The translations under genes and the position numbers were made by a program. This document shows positions 60,470 to 64,000 of a DNA stretch of 64,000 nt, piece after piece. The stretch's first letter is position 1; each line of letters opens with the position of its first letter. The stretch covers positions 2,666,001 through 2,730,000 of the forward strand of contig JBHGNT010000014.1 in the NCBI GenBank assembly GCA_043228905.1. The letters are read 5' to 3'. The DNA comes from Azolla caroliniana (Eukaryota > Plantae > Polypodiophyta). The notes beneath the pieces are model-generated. The model was not told where the DNA came from. It saw only the letters and a list, made by a program, of their open reading frames with translations, and searched no databases.

Positions 60470-61745
60470 ATCAATATTGCCGAATAGTTGGTCGGCTACA
60501 TGGATGTCGATTGGGCCGGAAATGCTGGCGATCGCAGGTCTACATCAGGATCCACATTTTCATTGGGAAGAATCGTGATCACCTGGAGTAACAAAAAGTT
60601 GTCGAGCACTAAGGCCGAGTGTCAAGGGGCGGCTGTCGCTACATGCGAAGCCATTTGCCTCAAAAGGCTATTGAAGGATCTATAGGTGGAGGTGTCTAAA
60701 TCAACAGTGATATATTGCGACAACTTCAACAGCATCCAACTTGTGAAGAACCCAGTCTTCCACGCCCGGACCAAGCACATAGAGGTGCACTATTATTTCA
60801 TCCGTGAGCGAATCCTCTCTGGTGAAGTCGAACTTGTATATGTTCCGATTGATTGGCAGGTTGCTGATATCTTCACCAAACCTCTTAGCCTAGACAAGTT
60901 GTGGCATTTTCGACTATGCTTGGTTTACAATGCCTTGACATGCCGAACTTGAGGGGGAGGAATGAAGCCGAAAAGGAGAGAGACGAAGTTCGAAAAGGCA
61001 AATCGGATGAAGAATTCGATTTCGGCACGACTGAAGAAGTTGGAACGTCTGGATCGGCTGGAGAAGCCAAGGACGCATGGGTAGGTGGAAGAAGATCGTC
61101 TAAGCAAAGACTAGCCACATGCAGGGGCAGGGACCAAAAGAGAGAGCCAAAGCCAAAGCCAACCGAACGTAGGGGAGGTAGAGCCGAGAGAAGTGGCAAA
61201 GTCGAAAAGTGACATAGGTGACCAATTGAAGGTCCGGACCAAGACATGGGCAGATGTGGTCAAGGTCCTGAAGGAGAATGAATCGGAGACAACCAATGAG
61301 TCGAAACGAATCGAAGACAGTCGATTCGGTCGAGGAGTTCAGTTCGGACGAACAAATCACATGGAGGCCAGGCGGATGAGAAGACAACCAAAGTGGACAC
61401 CAAGACAGAGGAGTCGACGGGTCGAGGGGTGCCAATACCGCGACAACGAGGTAGTTGAGAAGGGCCTGAGTATCAAACAAGCCAACCGTAGAGGTCGAGG
61501 TGCACGGAACCGAAGGGGGACCGAACTAGACGAGGAGCGCAAGCGAGTCATCGGGACTCCAGGAGAGGAGGCTGGAGTGACGAACCTGCTAGAGCTGACA
61601 TGGTGGGACCTCAAGTTGAGCTTGAGGGGGACTATTGAGAGACAAACTCAACTTGAGCCGAATCGGTTAAAGACCGATTGACTAGACCCAAATTGGCTGA
61701 AGAAGCTGAGAGCCAAATCCAATAGAGTTTCGAATAACCGATTAT
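60470..61745 (+). mobile_element. Copia RNase H remnant, Pol tail, PPT and start of the 3' LTR (~61633)
   Basis: DVDWAG, YCDN and TKHIEVHY; CTTGAGGGGG at ~60948 and ~61621. Confidence 0.85.
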
Positions 61746-61749
61746 ACTC

Positions 61750-64000
61750 CGTGCGTCTCCCGCATACACTTCTACACACGAATACTTTTTCAATTTGGTA
61801 TGGAGTCCATGAGGGTCGGATCAGTCAGAGGTTGATTCCAAGAGGCTGATTCATCGAAAACGACATTGTGGCTAACTCGAACCTGTTTTGTTCAAGGGTT
61901 ATAGCATTTATAACCCTTTTGTTCGTCCAACTAGCCGACGAGATTGCACTTCTCAACTTTGGCATTCAGCTTCCTCCACTTCTCTTTCGGCACATGCACA
62001 ATTGCTATGTTGTCGAACACCCTCAAGTGTCTCAGATTTGGCTTGCACCCTCAACTGTCCCAGATGTCGCGACACTTTGCCTCCAGCTACGGATGTCCGA
62101 TTTTAAAGATAGATAGTTGTTCTAACGGCTTCGACCCAATAAAACTTTGGCATGCTCTTCTCTTCCAACATCGCCCTGACCACTTCATCGATCGTCCGGT
62201 TCTTCCACTCGGCTATGTTGTTCTGCTCCGACGTATATATGTAGGAGAATTCGCGTCGAATTCCCTCCTTCTACAAATAGCTTGAGAACTGGTCGGAAAA
62301 GTATTGTTTTACATCATTGATCCTGAGGCATTTGATCTTTCGGCTAGTCTCCCTTTCGGCAAGGCTCTTCACCTTTAGGAAATAGGAGAATACTTCGCTT
62401 TTCTTCTTGATCAGACATGCCCAGTTATGTTGAGTGTAGTCATCGATGAAGATTACAAAGTAACAGCTCCCACTGATGCTCACCTTCTACGACAACCCCC
62501 ACACATTCGAATGTATTAAATCGAACTTGTTACGGCTCTGATTACACTCATTGGGGAATGGAAGTCGGTGTTGCTTCTCGAGTTGACAAGTTTCACAGAC
62601 TTGGCCCTTTCGGCCACTAAATTTCAGTAAGCCAAAAACGATGTTCTTCGTCTGCATTTCTTGAAGCAGCGGGAAGTTGACGTGGCCGATCTGCTTGTGC
62701 CATAGGTTGATATCCAATTTGACCTTTTGCCCTTTAGTGAACATATCAGGGCCGACATCATTATTCTCGAGGATAAACATCATCCCATCTCGGCGCCCTT
62801 GCGCAAAAATTCAGCCTTGAACCTCCTCAATGAAGAATCTAAGATGAGTGAACTAAACATGCATTCCTTGATCGACAATCTGGCCGGCCGACACCAGGTC
62901 CTTGGTGATCGTCAGGACATGCAAGATGTTCCTCATTATTCATCTATGGCTGACATGGCTCAAAGGGACGTCTCTGATGTGTTCGATGGGATGAGAGGTG
63001 TCGTCACTAGTTTCGACGACCATCGGTTGTTTCGACTTCTCTAGATAGTAGAAACATTCTTCATGTTCATCATTTGATTGGAAGCACCGGAATCCACATA
63101 CCACACCTCATTTGGTTTCGAGTTGCTTGCCACCATTGAATTGGCCTTGTGCTTCATCATGAAGGTAGAACTCGTTTCGGCTCGCCCTGAGCCTTCGGCG
63201 TAGTGCGATCTCTACCGCCTTTCTCCCTCGGCACAGCTCGATTCGGCCCTGTCCGAATCCGATTTCTTTTTCCAACACTCGCTCTCCTTGTGGCCCTTTC
63301 GGTCGCAATATCAACAGTCAGTGGCTTTTCCTTGTCGGCTTCCAGCACCACCTTGACTCCCCCTACTCGTGGAGGGTCCACTATTGTAGGCATTTCTATT
63401 ATGCCTCTGATTCTACTCTTGTCAATCACCTCCATTGTGTGCCGATCCACCTCCATGTATGGCATCTTGTTGTCAATGTGCATGCTTGTTGATGCATCCA
63501 TGTGGTTCTCCTCTACCAGGAGCATCGATTGTAAGTCGAAAAATGATCGAGGCTTCTCTCATGTTGATTGTCGTCCGAATGGGCTCGTATTTCTAAGCTA
63601 GACCACCAAGACAGATTTGTACCATCTCATTTTTGTCTACCAGAACGTTGATGGATCCTAGTGAGTCATTGATCTATTCGATCTTGGTGGTGTAGTCAGT
63701 GACCGACATACCTCCATGTGAGACATTGTTGAGCCCTTGGCGAAGCTGCAACTTCCGGACTGTGATGCTAGCGGCGAAGACCTTCTTCAGGTTCCCCCAA
63801 GCATCCTTCAACGACTTTGCATCCTTAATGTAGTTGAGCATCTAGTAGTGGACACAATATGCCAAGCACTACAAGACATAGCTTGTTGCCTGCTCCTAGG
63901 CCGAGAAATCTTTGTTAGTCGGCTTTGGAGCTACTTTGTTTGCACCTTCAATATAACTCCAGTATTTGTGGCCGAGCAGATACTAGTGCATCTTGTACTC
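61750..64000 (-). mobile_element. Decayed copia gag-PR-INT, continuing beyond the window
   Basis: LLVEENH gag, WYVDSGASN protease, LWHKQIGH GAG-pre-integrase and INT motifs. Confidence 0.88.

Noticed and set aside
60200-60470. AT-rich segment between the truncated LTR and an RNase H remnant
   Set aside because: No termini, TSD or coding signal that I could assign.

Overview
A 64 kb window of land-plant-type eukaryotic heterochromatin made almost entirely of nested LTR retrotransposons; no intact host gene was found. Two elements are young and apparently intact: a Ty1/copia element (21743-27272; one 1357-aa Gag-Pol ORF, tRNA-iMet PBS, 5-bp TSD) and a non-chromoviral Ty3/gypsy element (51982-59403; tRNA-Trp PBS, 4-bp TSD, Gag-PR and RT-RH-INT ORFs joined by a predicted -1 frameshift with a pseudoknot). 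Around them lie many decayed copia and gypsy copies, solo LTRs, two non-autonomous LTR elements and a hAT-type MITE. The most unusual signal is in one gypsy family (five LTR junctions): where the polypurine tract should be, directly upstream of the 3' LTR and in the same sense as pol, there is a tRNA-Arg-like 3'-end mimic ending in CCA, with a covarying hairpin inserted in the T-loop. The one copy with both ends has a 14-bp hairpin instead of a PBS at its other LTR. Other findings: tRNA-type A/B boxes in several LTR families, a Tf1-like self-priming non-autonomous element, a capsid-domain swap between copia families, a captured DUF247-like fragment and a C-terminal Pol tail. All calls were made by eye; boundaries of decayed elements are approximate.
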